Counted from the first letter of the stretch, positions 9,465-20,000 are shown. The stretch is 64,000 nucleotides of DNA from Erysipelotrichaceae bacterium (GCA_012837435.1 DURD01000025.1:5840-69839), one strand, 5' to 3'. A program made the numbers and translations. Notes: generated by a model not told the origin, from the letters alone.

Positions 9465-9851
9465 TTAGCCTCTTGGTTTCTTTGGTGGGCGGCAACCATT
9501 ATGTGGAATGGGGGTGGTATCGACAATCGATAACACTTGTAATCCGGCGACCGCTAGAGAGCGAATAGCTCCTTCTCGACCGGGGCCTGGACCCTTAACG
9601 TTGACATCCACTTGACGAATACCTTGTTCGTAAGCCGCTCTTCCGGCAGCTTCCGCCGCTTGCATAGCGGCGAAGGGAGTGGATTTTTTTGCACCTTTAA
9701 AACCGTTAGCACCAGCGCTGCTCCAAGTGAGAACATTACCTTGTTCATCGCAAATGGTGACAATGGTGTTATTGAAAGTAGCGTGGATATGGGCGACGCC
9801 ACGAGTAAATGTGCGTTTGACTTTCTTTTTACGAATAGTTGTTCTAGCCAT
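9465..9851 (-). CDS. rpsK: 30S ribosomal protein S11
   Basis: [42 protein letters not shown] matches canonical S11. Confidence 0.97.
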   Translation of the reverse strand: MARTTIRKKKVKRTFTRGVAHIHATFNNTIVTICDEQGNVLTWSSAGANGFKGAKKSTPFAAMQAAEAAGRAAYEQGIRQVDVNVKGPGPGREGAIRSLAVAGLQVLSIVDTTPIPHNGCRPPKKPRG

Positions 9852-9869
9852 AAATCTCTTCTCCTTTCA

Positions 9870-10247
9870 TTAACCTTTAGCCGCCATCTTTTTGTTAGCG
9901 ATGGTCTTGCGGGGACCTTTACGAGTTCTCGCATTAGTTTTTGTCGATTGTCCACGAACTGGTAAGCCTTTGCGATGGCGAACACCACGATAACAACCGA
10001 TTTCGGTTAAACGTTTAATATTTAAAGCGACCTCTCTACGGAGTTCACCTTCTGTTTTGTATTTGCCAATTTCGTTACGAATAGCGCCTAATTGCTCATC
10101 AGTTAAATCTTTTACTCTTACGGTGCTATCGACTTTAGCACCTTCACAAATTAATTTTGCGACATGACGACCAATACCATAAATGTAGGTAAGAGCAATC
10201 CCTACCTGTTTGTCGTTTGGAATATCAACACCAACAATACGTGCCAT
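9870..10247 (-). CDS. rpsM: 30S ribosomal protein S13
   Basis: [26 protein letters not shown]...[17 protein letters not shown] matches canonical S13. Confidence 0.97.
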   Translation of the reverse strand: MARIVGVDIPNDKQVGIALTYIYGIGRHVAKLICEGAKVDSTVRVKDLTDEQLGAIRNEIGKYKTEGELRREVALNIKRLTEIGCYRGVRHRKGLPVRGQSTKTNARTRKGPRKTIANKKMAAKG

Positions 10248-10268
10248 ATTCTAATTTCCTCCTAAATC

Positions 10269-10382
10269 TTAACCCTGTCTCTGCTTGTGTTTTGGGTTAG
10301 AGCAAATGATCATGATTTTGCCATTTCTTTTGATAACCCGACATTTCGAGCAGATAGGTTTTACGGAAGGTCTGACTTTCAT
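10269..10382 (-). CDS. rpmJ: 50S ribosomal protein L36 (absent from the ORF track)
   Basis: Hand translation of the minus strand gives [47 protein letters not shown] lies upstream, and the gene sits in the conserved infA-rpmJ-rpsM position. Confidence 0.93.
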   Translation of the reverse strand: MKVRPSVKPICSKCRVIKRNGKIMIICSNPKHKQRQG

Positions 10383-10406
10383 AGTTTTTTCCTCCATCTT
10401 GATTCA

Positions 10407-10625
10407 TTACTTGAATCGATAAGTTATACGGCCCCGTGTTAAATCATAAGGCGAGATTTCTACTGTAACTCTATCTCCTGGGAGAATGCGTATATGGTAC
10501 ATACGGATTTTTCCAGAAACGGTGGCCAGAATTACAACGCCGTTTTCAAGTTCTACCCTAAACATGGCGTTGGGCAAACACTCTTTAACGACCGCCTGAA
10601 CTTCGATGACATCTGATTTAGACAT
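10407..10625 (-). CDS. infA: Translation initiation factor IF-1
   Basis: A 72-aa S1-like protein with [24 protein letters not shown]...[25 protein letters not shown]. Confidence 0.97.
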   Translation of the reverse strand: MSKSDVIEVQAVVKECLPNAMFRVELENGVVILATVSGKIRMYHIRILPGDRVTVEISPYDLTRGRITYRFK

Positions 10626-11391
10626 GCAATTTCTTTTCTCCTTCAGTTAATGTGATTATTTCGCAACCTTCTTCGGTAATAATAATGGTGTTTTCATAAT
10701 GACAGGTTAACTTCCCGTCTTTGCTTTTTACAGTCCAACCATCCCCTAAGACTTTCGTTTCTTTTTTACCTTCGAGAATCATCGGTTCCACCGCAAGAGC
10801 CATGCCCTCTTGTAGTAAGGGGCCAGTTCCTGGAGTGCCGTAATTAGGAACGCTTGGATCTTCATGCATGTTTTTGCCAATACCATGACCTGCAAAATCA
10901 CGTGCGACATTATACCCTGAAGACTCAACGTATTGTTGAATCGCTGCTGAGATGTCGCCCACACGATTTCCTACCTTGGCTTGCTTGATGGCAATAAAGA
11001 AGGCTTCACGACAGACCTTTACTAGTCTTTCGGCTTCTTCTTTTACTGTGCCAATAAGGAATGTTCTAGTGGCGTCAGCGCAGTATCCCTTAAGACCCGC
11101 CACGACATCAAGGGAAACGATGTCTCCTTCGCGTAAAATAATCTTTTCCGAAGGAATGCCGTGAATCAATGTGTCATTGACGGAGACACAAGTTCCCGCT
11201 GGATAGCCATAGTAACCTTTACAAGGACAGCTACCACCCGCCTCAAAGATGACTTTTTCCGCCACTTTATTAATTTCATAAGTGGAGACACCAGGTTTCA
11301 TTAAAGGTTCCACAGTCTCAAACACTTTAGCAACTAATTGGCCAGCTTCTTTCATCAGGGCGATTTCCCTTGGTGACTTGACGATAATCAT
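10618..11391 (-). CDS. map: Type I methionine aminopeptidase
   Basis: [16 protein letters not shown]...[10 protein letters not shown]...FAGHGIG..MHE...LAVEPM carries the metal-ligand motifs. It sits in the conserved adk-map-infA position. Confidence 0.95.
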   Translation of the reverse strand: MIIVKSPREIALMKEAGQLVAKVFETVEPLMKPGVSTYEINKVAEKVIFEAGGSCPCKGYYGYPAGTCVSVNDTLIHGIPSEKIILREGDIVSLDVVAGLKGYCADATRTFLIGTVKEEAERLVKVCREAFFIAIKQAKVGNRVGDISAAIQQYVESSGYNVARDFAGHGIGKNMHEDPSVPNYGTPGTGPLLQEGMALAVEPMILEGKKETKVLGDGWTVKSKDGKLTCHYENTIIITEEGCEIITLTEGEKKLHV

Positions 11392-11394
11392 AAG

Positions 11395-12042
11395 TTAACT
11401 TTTGAGAAATTTTGCAATTTCATCGAATAATACTTCGCTACTTCCTAGGCTGTTAAAGTTGCGGAGTAGCCCTCTTTCTTGATAGAAATCAAGTAGAGGT
11501 TTGGTTTCTTTAGTGTAGTGCTCTAGTCGGACTTTGAAGGCTTCTTCGTTATCATCATTTCTTTGATATAGAGGCCCGCCACACAAATCACAAACGCCTT
11601 CAACTTTTGGTTTTAGAGAATCAATGTGATAAGGCGCTCCGCATTGTTTGCAGATACGACGACCAGTAATGCGTCTCACTAATTCTTTTTCGCCACAATC
11701 GAGATTGATGACCACATCGATTTGACGATTTATTTCTTTAGTTAGTTGCTCGAGCGCTCTAGCTTGCACCAGAGTGCGAGGGAAACCATCTAATAGAAAT
11801 CCTTTAGCACAATCCTCTTGAGAAAGTCTTTCTTTCACAATACCGATGGTTAATTCGTCGGGGACGAGATCCCCGCGTTTGATGTATTGTTCCGCTAGTT
11901 GACCTAAAGCGGTACCTTTTTTAATCGCCTCACGGAACATATCTCCTGTAGAAATATGCACATATCCTAGGTCTATCAATTTTTTAGCGGCTGTTCCTTT
12001 ACCTGCCCCTGGAGGGCCCATGATAATGATGTTTTTTTTCAT
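11395..12042 (-). CDS. adk: Adenylate kinase (Cys4 zinc-lid type)
   Basis: It has the P-loop IIMGPPGAGKGT and the lid CKQCGAPYH...CDLCGGPL. Confidence 0.96.
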   Translation of the reverse strand: MKKNIIIMGPPGAGKGTAAKKLIDLGYVHISTGDMFREAIKKGTALGQLAEQYIKRGDLVPDELTIGIVKERLSQEDCAKGFLLDGFPRTLVQARALEQLTKEINRQIDVVINLDCGEKELVRRITGRRICKQCGAPYHIDSLKPKVEGVCDLCGGPLYQRNDDNEEAFKVRLEHYTKETKPLLDFYQERGLLRNFNSLGSSEVLFDEIAKFLKS

Positions 12043-13412
12043 TACTCTTGGCCTCTTGAAGCTACGACTTCATCGAATGATTTACCAGCGAGTAAGCCAT
12101 CAATTTGCGAATTGAGTTCGAGAGCTACGCCGACCACGATGATGAGACCTGTGCCACCTAAGGCTAGAGATTGGTTGTTGCCAAACACACCTGTCATCGT
12201 TAAGACTGGAGGTAGAGCGGCAATGAGAGATAGAGCTAAAGCCCCAATAACTGTCACACGATTTAAGACTTTGCGCACATAGCGTTCCGTTTCATTACCT
12301 TGGTGGATACCAGGAATGTAAGAACCGTTCTTTTGGAAGTTTTCCGCGAGTTGTTGCGGATTAATTTGCATATTTGCATAAAAGAACGTGAAAGCAATAA
12401 TCAAAATAATATAGATAATAAGACCCCAAGGCATGTACCATCCTCCATTGTCGTAAAGAACACTCGTGGAGAAGATGCCTAACCAAGAGGCGTTCGCCCC
12501 GTTTTCGCTATCGATGAACGCCATTATAACACTGGGAGCCATGAGGATAGAACTGGCAAAAATGACAGGAATAACACCCGCAGAGTTAATCTTAATCGGT
12601 AAGAATGAGGCTCGCGCCATACTCTGTGTCCGACCACCACCCTTTCCAGAATGTTGAACGGGAATTTTTCTTTTTGACAATTCGATAAACGTCACAAAGG
12701 CAATGATAAGTAGATAAGCAAAAACATAAAGCAGGAACTTAAAGATGCCAGCGATAGTTTCGCTCTCGCCCTGCGCGAAGACGTAAGGGGAGCACCAAGT
12801 ATTCCAAGCAGTGACCATTTGGGAAGGTAGACTAGAAACAATACCGGCAAAGATGATCATGGAAACACCATTACCGATGCCTTTTGTGGATATTTGGTCA
12901 CCTAACCACATAACGAGCATCGTGCCCGCGAGAAGAACGATGACAATGTAAATATATGTCATCCACTCATATTCTGCGGTGTGGAATGAAATATATTCAC
13001 TTGCCTCCATAGTTTTAATAATGCCGTACGCTTGTACCGCCCCTAACATCAACGTCAAATAACGCGATGCCATTTCGATCTTTTTACGTCCGTATTGTCC
13101 TTGGCGTTTTAATTCAGTTAAAGCCGGCAAAACATCAGTGGACAATAATTGAATGATAATTTGTGCGGTAATATACGGCGAAACCCCGAGAGCAAAAATA
13201 GAAAAGCTCTGTAAAGTTCCACCACCTAGCAAATTCATGAGTGATAAAGCATTGTTACCACTTAAATAAGTATTGAGGGCACTATCATCAGGAACGGATA
13301 CGCCAGGAACAGTGATCTGTGCACCGAGACGAAAAATAAAGAGAATCAAGAGCGTAAAAACAATGCGCCCCATGATTTCTTTGTTCTTGAGGATATCGAT
13401 CATTTTTTTCAT
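12042..13412 (-). CDS. secY: Preprotein translocase subunit SecY
   Basis: It is a 10-TM protein with ALGVSPYITAQIIIQLL and GTGLIIVVGVALE. The start is set at ATG 13412 (MKKMIDIL), directly after the rplO stop. The ORF-track start at 13448 overlaps rplO. Confidence 0.95.
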   Translation of the reverse strand: MKKMIDILKNKEIMGRIVFTLLILFIFRLGAQITVPGVSVPDDSALNTYLSGNNALSLMNLLGGGTLQSFSIFALGVSPYITAQIIIQLLSTDVLPALTELKRQGQYGRKKIEMASRYLTLMLGAVQAYGIIKTMEASEYISFHTAEYEWMTYIYIVIVLLAGTMLVMWLGDQISTKGIGNGVSMIIFAGIVSSLPSQMVTAWNTWCSPYVFAQGESETIAGIFKFLLYVFAYLLIIAFVTFIELSKRKIPVQHSGKGGGRTQSMARASFLPIKINSAGVIPVIFASSILMAPSVIMAFIDSENGANASWLGIFSTSVLYDNGGWYMPWGLIIYIILIIAFTFFYANMQINPQQLAENFQKNGSYIPGIHQGNETERYVRKVLNRVTVIGALALSLIAALPPVLTMTGVFGNNQSLALGGTGLIIVVGVALELNSQIDGLLAGKSFDEVVASRGQE

Positions 13413-13413
13413 G

Positions 13414-13854
13414 TTAAACCACCTCAATCTTACCACCAGCATCAACAATGGCGGCCTCTGCAGTTTTGGAGAAAGATTTAGCTTGAACAGTCAATTTTTT
13501 AGTCAATTGACCACCCCCTAATACTTTTAATCCATCATATTCTTTTTTTAGTAAGCCCACTTCGATTAATAATGCTGGGGTGACCACTGTTCCATCTTCG
13601 AATCTCTCCAGAGTGGAAACATTAATGGTTGCATATTTGGTACGATTAACATTTTTGAAACCGCGTTTTGGCAAGGCTCTCCAAAGGGGCAATTGGCCAC
13701 CTTCGAAACCTAAAGCTACGCCACCACCGCTGCGAGATTTTTGACCTTTATGACCTTTACCAGCGGTTTTGCCGTTGCCAGAACCAATGCCACGTCCTTT
13801 GCGGAAGCGGGCCACACGGGATCCATCTGTGCTTTGAAGTTCATGCAATTTCAT
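13414..13854 (-). CDS. rplO: 50S ribosomal protein L15
   Basis: [39 protein letters not shown] matches canonical L15. Confidence 0.96.
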   Translation of the reverse strand: MKLHELQSTDGSRVARFRKGRGIGSGNGKTAGKGHKGQKSRSGGGVALGFEGGQLPLWRALPKRGFKNVNRTKYATINVSTLERFEDGTVVTPALLIEVGLLKKEYDGLKVLGGGQLTKKLTVQAKSFSKTAEAAIVDAGGKIEVV

Positions 13855-13894
13855 ATGTACACCTCCAATTTCTTTTCAAATAACGAGTAATTTT

Positions 13895-14518
13895 TTATTC
13901 TTTACCACGAAGTTTTTTGACAACTTTGTAGGTTTTGAGGTTGTTTAAGCCTTGGTTGGTAGCTCTGACGATATTGATGGGAGCACGGCTACCATAGACT
14001 TTACTGCAGACGTTTTGTACGCCAGCGAGTTCAAGAACAGCTCTCACTGGACCACCAGCGACGATACCGGTGCCTTCTGGAGCAGGTTTAAGCAAAACGC
14101 TACAGGCTCCATATTTGCCAATAATTTCGTGCGAAATGGTAAAGCCTTTGGTTAAGTGAAGTTCAAAAGTATTTTTCTTGGCCGCTTCACTGGCTTTTTT
14201 GATTGCATCTGGAACTTCTGCGGCTTTGCCAACGGCAAATCCATATTTGCCTTTGCGGTTGCCGATGACTACCAGAGCAGTAAATTTTAGCCGGCGTCCA
14301 CCTTTGACGGTTTTGCTCACTCGATTGATGTAGACTACGCGTTCTTCAAATTCTTTTTGTTCTTCACGGCGACCGCGTCTATCGCGCGGACCACCTCTAC
14401 GACTACCGCGTCTATTATCGCGAGCAGGACGTTGTCCTCGAAGAGTAGGGGCTTTAGGAGCACTGGGGGCAGGGGTTTCTTGTTCCACTGCAACGACTTT
14501 ATTTTCTTCCATTTGCAT
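13895..14518 (-). CDS. rpsE: 30S ribosomal protein S5 with ~45-aa Arg/Pro-rich N-terminal extension
   Basis: The core is [32 protein letters not shown]...[18 protein letters not shown]. It is preceded by ...[40 protein letters not shown]. Confidence 0.93.
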   Translation of the reverse strand: MQMEENKVVAVEQETPAPSAPKAPTLRGQRPARDNRRGSRRGGPRDRRGRREEQKEFEERVVYINRVSKTVKGGRRLKFTALVVIGNRKGKYGFAVGKAAEVPDAIKKASEAAKKNTFELHLTKGFTISHEIIGKYGACSVLLKPAPEGTGIVAGGPVRAVLELAGVQNVCSKVYGSRAPINIVRATNQGLNNLKTYKVVKKLRGKE

Positions 14519-14526
14519 TTCCTCCC

Positions 14527-14883
14527 TTAGAATGCTAAGCCCGCTTCACGAGCGGCTTCTGCTAAAGCTTTGACGCGGCCATGATAAATGTAACCACTTC
14601 TATCAAAGACAACTGTTTTAATATTTAATTTAAGAGCTTTTTCGGCGATATCTTTACCGACAGCTTTTGAGGCTTCGATATTGCCACCCTTTTCCAATTT
14701 TAATGACATTGAAGAGGAGGACGCTAGGGTCATGCCTTTAACATCATCGATGAGTTGAGCTTCGATGTTTTTGTTAGAACGATAGAGACAGAGTCTTGGT
14801 TTTTCGACTGTGCCAGAAACTTTACTTCTCACACGAGCATGTCTTCTTAAACGAGAAACATTTTTACTTGGTTTTTTAATCAT
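14527..14883 (-). CDS. rplR: 50S ribosomal protein L18
   Basis: [36 protein letters not shown]...[26 protein letters not shown]. Confidence 0.96.
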   Translation of the reverse strand: MIKKPSKNVSRLRRHARVRSKVSGTVEKPRLCLYRSNKNIEAQLIDDVKGMTLASSSSMSLKLEKGGNIEASKAVGKDIAEKALKLNIKTVVFDRSGYIYHGRVKALAEAAREAGLAF

Positions 14884-14900
14884 AACTCATTTCTACCTTT

Positions 14901-15446
14901 CTACTTGCCAGCGCCGGCGCGCTTACCTTCCTTAGTCAGGACCACTTCACCCTTGTAGCGAATACCTTTTCCAAGATATGGCTCTGGTGGGCGGACTCTA
15001 CGGATAAGAGCGGCAGTTTGGCCGACAGCTTGTTTATCGATGCCTTCGACTTTGATGTCGGTGGCATTCAATATAGTAATTTTAACGCCTTTTTCTGGTT
15101 CGACAACTGAAGTATGACTGTAACCAGTCCAAAGTTCAATAGCCGCCCCTTTCATTTGGGCTTTAAAGCCGATACCTTTCATCTCTAATACTTTTGTGTA
15201 GCCTTCGGAAACTCCGACAACAGCATTGTACACATTCGCACGAGTGGTACCGTGATTTTTCTTGACTTGCTTAGTATCGTTTTCACGTTTAAAAGTGACA
15301 TCCGAGCCTTCAACGTGCATTTTGATACCTTCATTGAGAATGACATTTAAAGTACCTTTTGGGCCAGTGACAACTGCTAGACCATTATTTTCACTGACTT
15401 GAACTCCAGCAGGGAGATGGATATGTTTGTTACCAATACGTGACAT
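14901..15446 (-). CDS. rplF: 50S ribosomal protein L6
   Basis: MSRIGNKHIHLPAGVQV...PEPYLGKGIRYKGE. The start is set at ATG 15446, because the ORF-track start at 15476 overlaps rpsH. Confidence 0.95.
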   Translation of the reverse strand: MSRIGNKHIHLPAGVQVSENNGLAVVTGPKGTLNVILNEGIKMHVEGSDVTFKRENDTKQVKKNHGTTRANVYNAVVGVSEGYTKVLEMKGIGFKAQMKGAAIELWTGYSHTSVVEPEKGVKITILNATDIKVEGIDKQAVGQTAALIRRVRPPEPYLGKGIRYKGEVVLTKEGKRAGAGK

Positions 15447-15460
15447 ATAATCTTTCCTCC

Positions 15461-15850
15461 TTACCAGACATAGCAAATTACCTCACCACCGATACCGAGC
15501 GTTCTAGCTTTCGTATCCGTCATCACGCCTTGGGAGGTAGAAATAATTGCAATACCTAAACCTTTCAGTACTCTTGGAAGTTTTTCAAAACCAACACTGA
15601 CACGCAAACCTGGTTTAGAGATTTTTCTTAAGCCAGAGATGATTCTTTCACCTTCAAAATATTTTAGATTGATAGTTAATTCTTTTTTTACTTTACCGGA
15701 AACTTTATAATTTTCGATAAAACCTTCTTCTTTGAGAATCTTAGCGATTTCAACTTTCATCTTGCTAGAAGGCATCTTCACAGATTCATGTTTTAACGCA
15801 TTGGCGTTTCTAATGCGGGTTAGCATATCCGCGATTGGATCAGTCATCAT
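15461..15850 (-). CDS. rpsH: 30S ribosomal protein S8
   Basis: [23 protein letters not shown]...[14 protein letters not shown]. Confidence 0.96.
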   Translation of the reverse strand: MMTDPIADMLTRIRNANALKHESVKMPSSKMKVEIAKILKEEGFIENYKVSGKVKKELTINLKYFEGERIISGLRKISKPGLRVSVGFEKLPRVLKGLGIAIISTSQGVMTDTKARTLGIGGEVICYVW

Positions 15851-15875
15851 AATTAATCGATATCCTCCTTTTCTC

Positions 15876-16061
15876 TTACCAAGATGATTTCTTCATGCCG
15901 GGAATTTCGCCTTTATAGGCTAATTCTCTTAAACAAATACGGCATAATTGGAATTTGCTGTAAACAGAATGTGGACGTCCACAACGTTTGCAGCGCGTAT
16001 ATTCACGAACTTTGAATTTAGCGGGACGGCTTTGACGAACTCTCAAGCTTTTCTTTGCCAT
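15876..16061 (-). CDS. rpsN: 30S ribosomal protein S14, short zinc-binding type Z
   Basis: A 61-aa protein with [20 protein letters not shown] (two CxxC pairs). It sits between rplE and rpsH. Confidence 0.95.
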   Translation of the reverse strand: MAKKSLRVRQSRPAKFKVREYTRCKRCGRPHSVYSKFQLCRICLRELAYKGEIPGMKKSSW

Positions 16062-16079
16062 AATATTGTGAACTCCTTT

Positions 16080-16976
16080 CTAGTGATGGAAGGGCATACC
16101 TAATAACTGTAATAAGGTATACGCTTCAGCATCTGTTTTTGCGGTGGTGACAATCACGATGTCCATACCGCGAACCTTCACCACTTTATCGTAATCGATT
16201 TCGGGGAAGATTAATTGTTCTTTAATACCAAGTGTATAATTGCCGCGACCATCGAAAGCGTTTTTACTGACGCCACGGAAGTCACGAACTCTGGGGAGAG
16301 CAATCGAAACTAATTTATCGAAGAATTCGTACATTCTGAGACCTCTTAAGGTCACTTTACAACCGATTTCTTGACCTGCTCTTAGTTTGAAAGAGGCAAT
16401 GCTCTTTTTCGCTTTGGTAATAATTGGTTTTTGACCAGAGAGCATCGATAATTCGTTTACTGCTTGGTCTAATTTTTTGCTATCGTGCGCTCCGTCGCCC
16501 ACTCCGACATTAATGACAATTTTGTTTAATGCTGGAATTTGCATCGGGGAACGATAACCGTATTTTTCTAATAATTTAGCGCAAACTTCGTTTTTGTATT
16601 TGGCTTGCAAACGGCTGACGACAGCAGCTTGTTTGCTACCTTTGCTGACTTTTTCAGCTTTTGGTTTTTCAACTTTGGCTTCGACTTCTGGCGCTTTTTC
16701 TTTTTCAACTTTCTTCTCAGCCTTCGCTTCTTTTGGTTTTTCGACCTTGACTTCAGCTTTTGGTGCTTTTGCCTTTTCAGTTTTGGCTTCGGCTTTTGGT
16801 GTTTTTGCCTTTTCAGCTTTTACTTCCGCCTTCGGTGTTTTTTCTTTTTCTACCTTGGGCTCAGCCTTTGGTTTTTTCACCTTTTCAGCTTTAGCTTCAG
16901 CTTTTGGAGCAGCAGTTTTTTTAGGAGTGGCTTTCTTAGCTGGAGTTTTTGTTTCTTTTTTGATTTCTTCTGCCAT
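16080..16976 (-). CDS. rplE: 50S ribosomal protein L5 with ~120-aa Lys/Ala/Glu/Pro repeat N-terminal extension
   Basis: The C-terminal ~178 aa are canonical L5 ([10 protein letters not shown]...IVINVGVGD...[16 protein letters not shown]). ATG 16976 has an AGGAGA RBS and lies 14 nt after the rplX stop. The ORF is uninterrupted through the repeats. The ORF-track start at 17084 is rejected because it overlaps rplX. Confidence 0.9.
   Translation of the reverse strand: MAEEIKKETKTPAKKATPKKTAAPKAEAKAEKVKKPKAEPKVEKEKTPKAEVKAEKAKTPKAEAKTEKAKAPKAEVKVEKPKEAKAEKKVEKEKAPEVEAKVEKPKAEKVSKGSKQAAVVSRLQAKYKNEVCAKLLEKYGYRSPMQIPALNKIVINVGVGDGAHDSKKLDQAVNELSMLSGQKPIITKAKKSIASFKLRAGQEIGCKVTLRGLRMYEFFDKLVSIALPRVRDFRGVSKNAFDGRGNYTLGIKEQLIFPEIDYDKVVKVRGMDIVIVTTAKTDAEAYTLLQLLGMPFHH
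16653..16907 (-). repeat. In-frame 36-bp (12-aa) tandem repeat array within rplE (PKAE-x8 units)
   Basis: PKAE recurs at residues 24, 36, 48, 60 and 72, an exact 12-aa period, with degenerate units up to residue 108. Examples are [24 protein letters not shown] and [12 protein letters not shown]. The DNA shows recurring gcttttgg and ttttcagc strings. Confidence 0.85.
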
Positions 16977-16989
16977 GATCGCTTTCTCC

Positions 16990-17295
16990 TTATAACACTG
17001 TGTCGCTCGCTTTAGTAACGCGAACTTTTTTGCCTTTGACTTCTTTGTAACCGATGCGAGTTGGTTTTTTAGTCTTAGGATCAACTAGCATGACGTTGCT
17101 AGCATCGACGGGAGCATAAACTTCGATGATGCCTCCATCGGGATTTTTCTGGGTTGGCTTATTATGTTTTTTGCGAATGTTAACATTTTCCACCACCACG
17201 AGATTTCTCTTAGGAAAAACTTTTTGAATGGTTCCGGTTTTTCCTTTATCGCGACCAGCGATCACGATAACTTTGTCACCTTTTACAAGTTTCAT
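16990..17295 (-). CDS. rplX: 50S ribosomal protein L24
   Basis: [29 protein letters not shown] (KOW motif). Confidence 0.96.
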   Translation of the reverse strand: MKLVKGDKVIVIAGRDKGKTGTIQKVFPKRNLVVVENVNIRKKHNKPTQKNPDGGIIEVYAPVDASNVMLVDPKTKKPTRIGYKEVKGKKVRVTKASDTVL

Positions 17296-17307
17296 AGTTC
17301 TTCCTCC

Positions 17308-17685
17308 TTATAGTACTTCTTGGGCGAGAGAAACAATTTTCATGAATCCGTCGATTCCCTTTTCACGGAGTTCTCTAGCCACCGGGCCGAAGACACGCGT
17401 ACCTATAGGCACGTTATCCTCATTAATAATTACCGCGGCATTATCGTCAAAGGCAATGGTTGAACCATCGCGACGACCAATAGCTTTTTTTGTCCTTACG
17501 ATGACGCATCTCACGATATCACCCTTTTTTACTTTGCCGTTTGGCATAGCGGATTTAACGGTACATAGAACGATATCACCGACCCCGCTAAATTTACGAG
17601 CGGAGCCACCATAAAGATTGAAGGCGCGAACAGATTTCGCACCAGAATTATCTGCGACGACAAGATTGGTTTCTTTATAAATCAT
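17308..17685 (-). CDS. rplN: 50S ribosomal protein L14
   Basis: [22 protein letters not shown]...[22 protein letters not shown]. Confidence 0.96.
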   Translation of the reverse strand: MIYKETNLVVADNSGAKSVRAFNLYGGSARKFSGVGDIVLCTVKSAMPNGKVKKGDIVRCVIVRTKKAIGRRDGSTIAFDDNAAVIINEDNVPIGTRVFGPVARELREKGIDGFMKIVSLAQEVL

Positions 17686-17687
17686 AA

Positions 17688-18188
17688 TTATTCGGCCTCC
17701 TTATTTTCTTCTACGGGAGTTTCTATAGCTTCACCTTCGGTAGGTTCAGTTTCTAGAATTTCTTCTTTGGTTTCGGTGGTTTCCAAAGTTTCTTCTTTTT
17801 CTTCCACAGCCTCAATGGCTGTTTCTTTTGTTTCTGCTTCCAAAGCTTCCTCTTTGAGTTCGGCTTCTAAAGCTTCAGCTTCTAAGATTTCTTCTTTGAG
17901 TTCCGCTTCCACTTCTTTTAATGTCAAGCCTGCTTCTTTATCGATGGAGACCAGTCTCCAACGTTTAGTAGCGCTCAATTTACGGGTTTCCATGATGGTG
18001 ACGGTATCGCCATTTTTAGCAGCGTTTTCTTCATCATGGGCATAGTATTTTTTGCCATATTTCACACGTTTACCATATTTGGTATGTCTTTTGTGTGTTT
18101 CGACGAGAACCACGATAGTTTTAGGATTCTTGTCGGAGACGACGACGCCTTGGACCGTACGACGTGTTAATGTTTTTCTCTGTTCCAT
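17688..18188 (-). CDS. rpsQ: 30S ribosomal protein S17 with ~80-aa acidic C-terminal tail
   Basis: The core comprises residues 1-83 ([34 protein letters not shown]...TKRWRLVSI). It is followed by [29 protein letters not shown]...[11 protein letters not shown]. Confidence 0.92.
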   Translation of the reverse strand: MEQRKTLTRRTVQGVVVSDKNPKTIVVLVETHKRHTKYGKRVKYGKKYYAHDEENAAKNGDTVTIMETRKLSATKRWRLVSIDKEAGLTLKEVEAELKEEILEAEALEAELKEEALEAETKETAIEAVEEKEETLETTETKEEILETEPTEGEAIETPVEENKEAE

Positions 18189-18201
18189 TTAAACGTCCTC
18201 C

Positions 18202-18405
18202 TTATTCTGCTTCCGCTTCAAGTTCTCGTTCTCTTAAGACGAGATTGACACGGGCGATGTCTTTTCTGATAGCGGTGACATCTTCGCCTCTCTCGAGTAC
18301 TCCGACAGCTTTTTTTCTGCGGAGATCGAACAACTGTTCTTTGAGTGAGTATAATTTTTCTTTTAATTCACTCGTAGTAAGTTCACGAACTTCATTAATT
18401 CTCAT
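18202..18405 (-). CDS. rpmC: 50S ribosomal protein L29
   Basis: MRINEVRELTTSELKEKLYSLKEQLFDLR. Confidence 0.95.
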   Translation of the reverse strand: MRINEVRELTTSELKEKLYSLKEQLFDLRRKKAVGVLERGEDVTAIRKDIARVNLVLRERELEAEAE

Positions 18406-18410
18406 AACTA

Positions 18411-18821
18411 TTACTCACCTTTCTTAATTACTTTGCATTTAATGGGAAGTTTGTAAGTCGCTAAGCGCAAGGCTTCTCTCATATCATTTTCAGCGACACC
18501 GCTGATTTCAAACATAACGCAACCTTTTTTTACGACGGCGACCCAATCTTCCGGGTTACCTTTGCCAGAACCCATACGGACTTCGGCTGGTTTTTTAGTT
18601 TTGGCTAAGTGCGGGAAGATTCTAATCCAAATCTTGCCACCTCTTTTGGTATAACGAGCGAGAACGATACGAGCTGCTTCAATTTGACGGTTGGTAATCC
18701 AAGCCCCTTCTAAGGCTTGCAAACCATATTCGCCGAAAACCACTTCTGGAGTAGATTTGCAGTGTCCTTCATATTTTGTACCATGAGGGCGACGAAATTT
18801 AACGCGTTTTGGTTGTAACAT
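18411..18821 (-). CDS. rplP: 50S ribosomal protein L16
   Basis: [19 protein letters not shown]...[26 protein letters not shown]. Confidence 0.97.
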   Translation of the reverse strand: MLQPKRVKFRRPHGTKYEGHCKSTPEVVFGEYGLQALEGAWITNRQIEAARIVLARYTKRGGKIWIRIFPHLAKTKKPAEVRMGSGKGNPEDWVAVVKKGCVMFEISGVAENDMREALRLATYKLPIKCKVIKKGE

Positions 18822-18823
18822 GG

Positions 18824-19504
18824 CTATTCTCCTTTCTCACTATTATTTTTCTTTTGGAGCTCGGGACGAATTTCACCACGGCAAATCCACACCTTGACGC
18901 CTAAACGTCCATATTGTGTGGCAGCGTGCACACAAGCGTAGTCGATATCACTCCTCAATGTATGTAGAGGGATGATGCCTTCGCGATATCCTTCGGAACG
19001 AGCGATATCGGCACCACCGAGACGACCACTGACTAGGGTTTTAATCCCTTTAGCGCCCGCTCTGCGAACTCTTTGGATAGCTCTTTTTTGCGCGGTTCTG
19101 AAACTGGCCCTTTCTTCGAGCTGTTTAGCAATTTCTTGAGCGACGATGTTAGCATCTAATTCGGGATTTTTAACTTCCACGACATCGATGCGCACTTCGC
19201 TGCTGTTGAGTAATTTTGCTAATTTTACTTTTAATTCATTGATATTTTTACCGTCTTGACCAATGACCACACCAGGACGGGCGACGAAGATCATAACAAT
19301 AACGTTATAACCTTTATCAGTTTTAATTCTTTCAATTTCGATATGAGAGAGTAAAGCTTCTTTGAGTCTAGCTGTTAAGAATTTACGAACCTTGATATCT
19401 TCATTCAAGAAAACGTGGTATTCTTTATCATTTGCAAACCAACGAGAATTCCAATCCTTGTTGATGCCCACTCTTAAGCCTATCGGATTAACTTTTTGAC
19501 CCAT
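18824..19504 (-). CDS. rpsC: 30S ribosomal protein S3
   Basis: [24 protein letters not shown]...KH domain...[19 protein letters not shown]. Confidence 0.97.
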   Translation of the reverse strand: MGQKVNPIGLRVGINKDWNSRWFANDKEYHVFLNEDIKVRKFLTARLKEALLSHIEIERIKTDKGYNVIVMIFVARPGVVIGQDGKNINELKVKLAKLLNSSEVRIDVVEVKNPELDANIVAQEIAKQLEERASFRTAQKRAIQRVRRAGAKGIKTLVSGRLGGADIARSEGYREGIIPLHTLRSDIDYACVHAATQYGRLGVKVWICRGEIRPELQKKNNSEKGE

Positions 19505-19517
19505 TACGATTTCCTCC

Positions 19518-20000
19518 CTATCCCATTTTCACCACAACCACGATGTGGGAACTGCGTTTGACTAAGCCAGAAGCGGAGCCTTTGGCTCTCGGCAAATAAC
19601 GTTTCATCTTTAAGCCATCATTAGCGTAGATTTCAGAGATGACTAGCGCCTCTTCATCCATTCCAAAATTATTGACGGCGTTGGCTACAGCGGATTTAAT
19701 TAATTTCATCACTGGTTGGCTAGCAGCACGATTGACGTTAGAAAGAATGCCTAGCGCTTGTTTCACTGGTAAGCCTCTCACGAGATCGATGACCAAACGC
19801 GCTTTACGCGGAGTAACTCTCACGTTTTTCGCAATAGCTTTTGCTTCAGTTGGCATTGGTTTTTGTGGTTCAACTGGTTTTTTCTCTTCTTTAGGAGCTT
19901 TTGCAGCTTTTTTAGGAGTTTTCTTTTTCGCTGAGACTTCTTTTACTGGTTCATCAACTTTTTTAGCTTTTTTAGGAGTTTTCTTTTCTTCTACTACCAT
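19518..20000 (-). CDS. rplV: 50S ribosomal protein L22 with ~50-aa Lys-rich N-terminal extension
   Basis: The core is [24 protein letters not shown]...[20 protein letters not shown]. It is preceded by [45 protein letters not shown]. Confidence 0.93.
   Translation of the reverse strand: MVVEEKKTPKKAKKVDEPVKEVSAKKKTPKKAAKAPKEEKKPVEPQKPMPTEAKAIAKNVRVTPRKARLVIDLVRGLPVKQALGILSNVNRAASQPVMKLIKSAVANAVNNFGMDEEALVISEIYANDGLKMKRYLPRAKGSASGLVKRSSHIVVVVKMG

Noticed and set aside
8477-9526. Long ORF-track N-terminal extensions for rpoA (9526), secY (13448), rplF (15476), rplE (17084), queH (24325), malQ (46262) and the PPTase (46266)
   Set aside because: Each extension overlaps the preceding gene or lacks an RBS. 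Internal ATGs with good RBSs reproduce the canonical N-termini, so the starts were moved.
9554-9988. A 144-aa minus-strand ORF spanning the rpsK/rpsM junction, plus plus-strand ORFs at 9612-9965 and 9679-9873
   Set aside because: They are alternative frames over canonical S11 and S13 coding sequence and show no recognisable protein features.
16594-17015. Two plus-strand ORFs (133 and 136 aa) rich in F/S/A/L, antisense to rplE
   Set aside because: They are mirror-image artefacts of the in-frame K/A/E/P repeat of rplE. Their composition is low-complexity, they have no RBS, and they lie fully inside a highly conserved operon gene.
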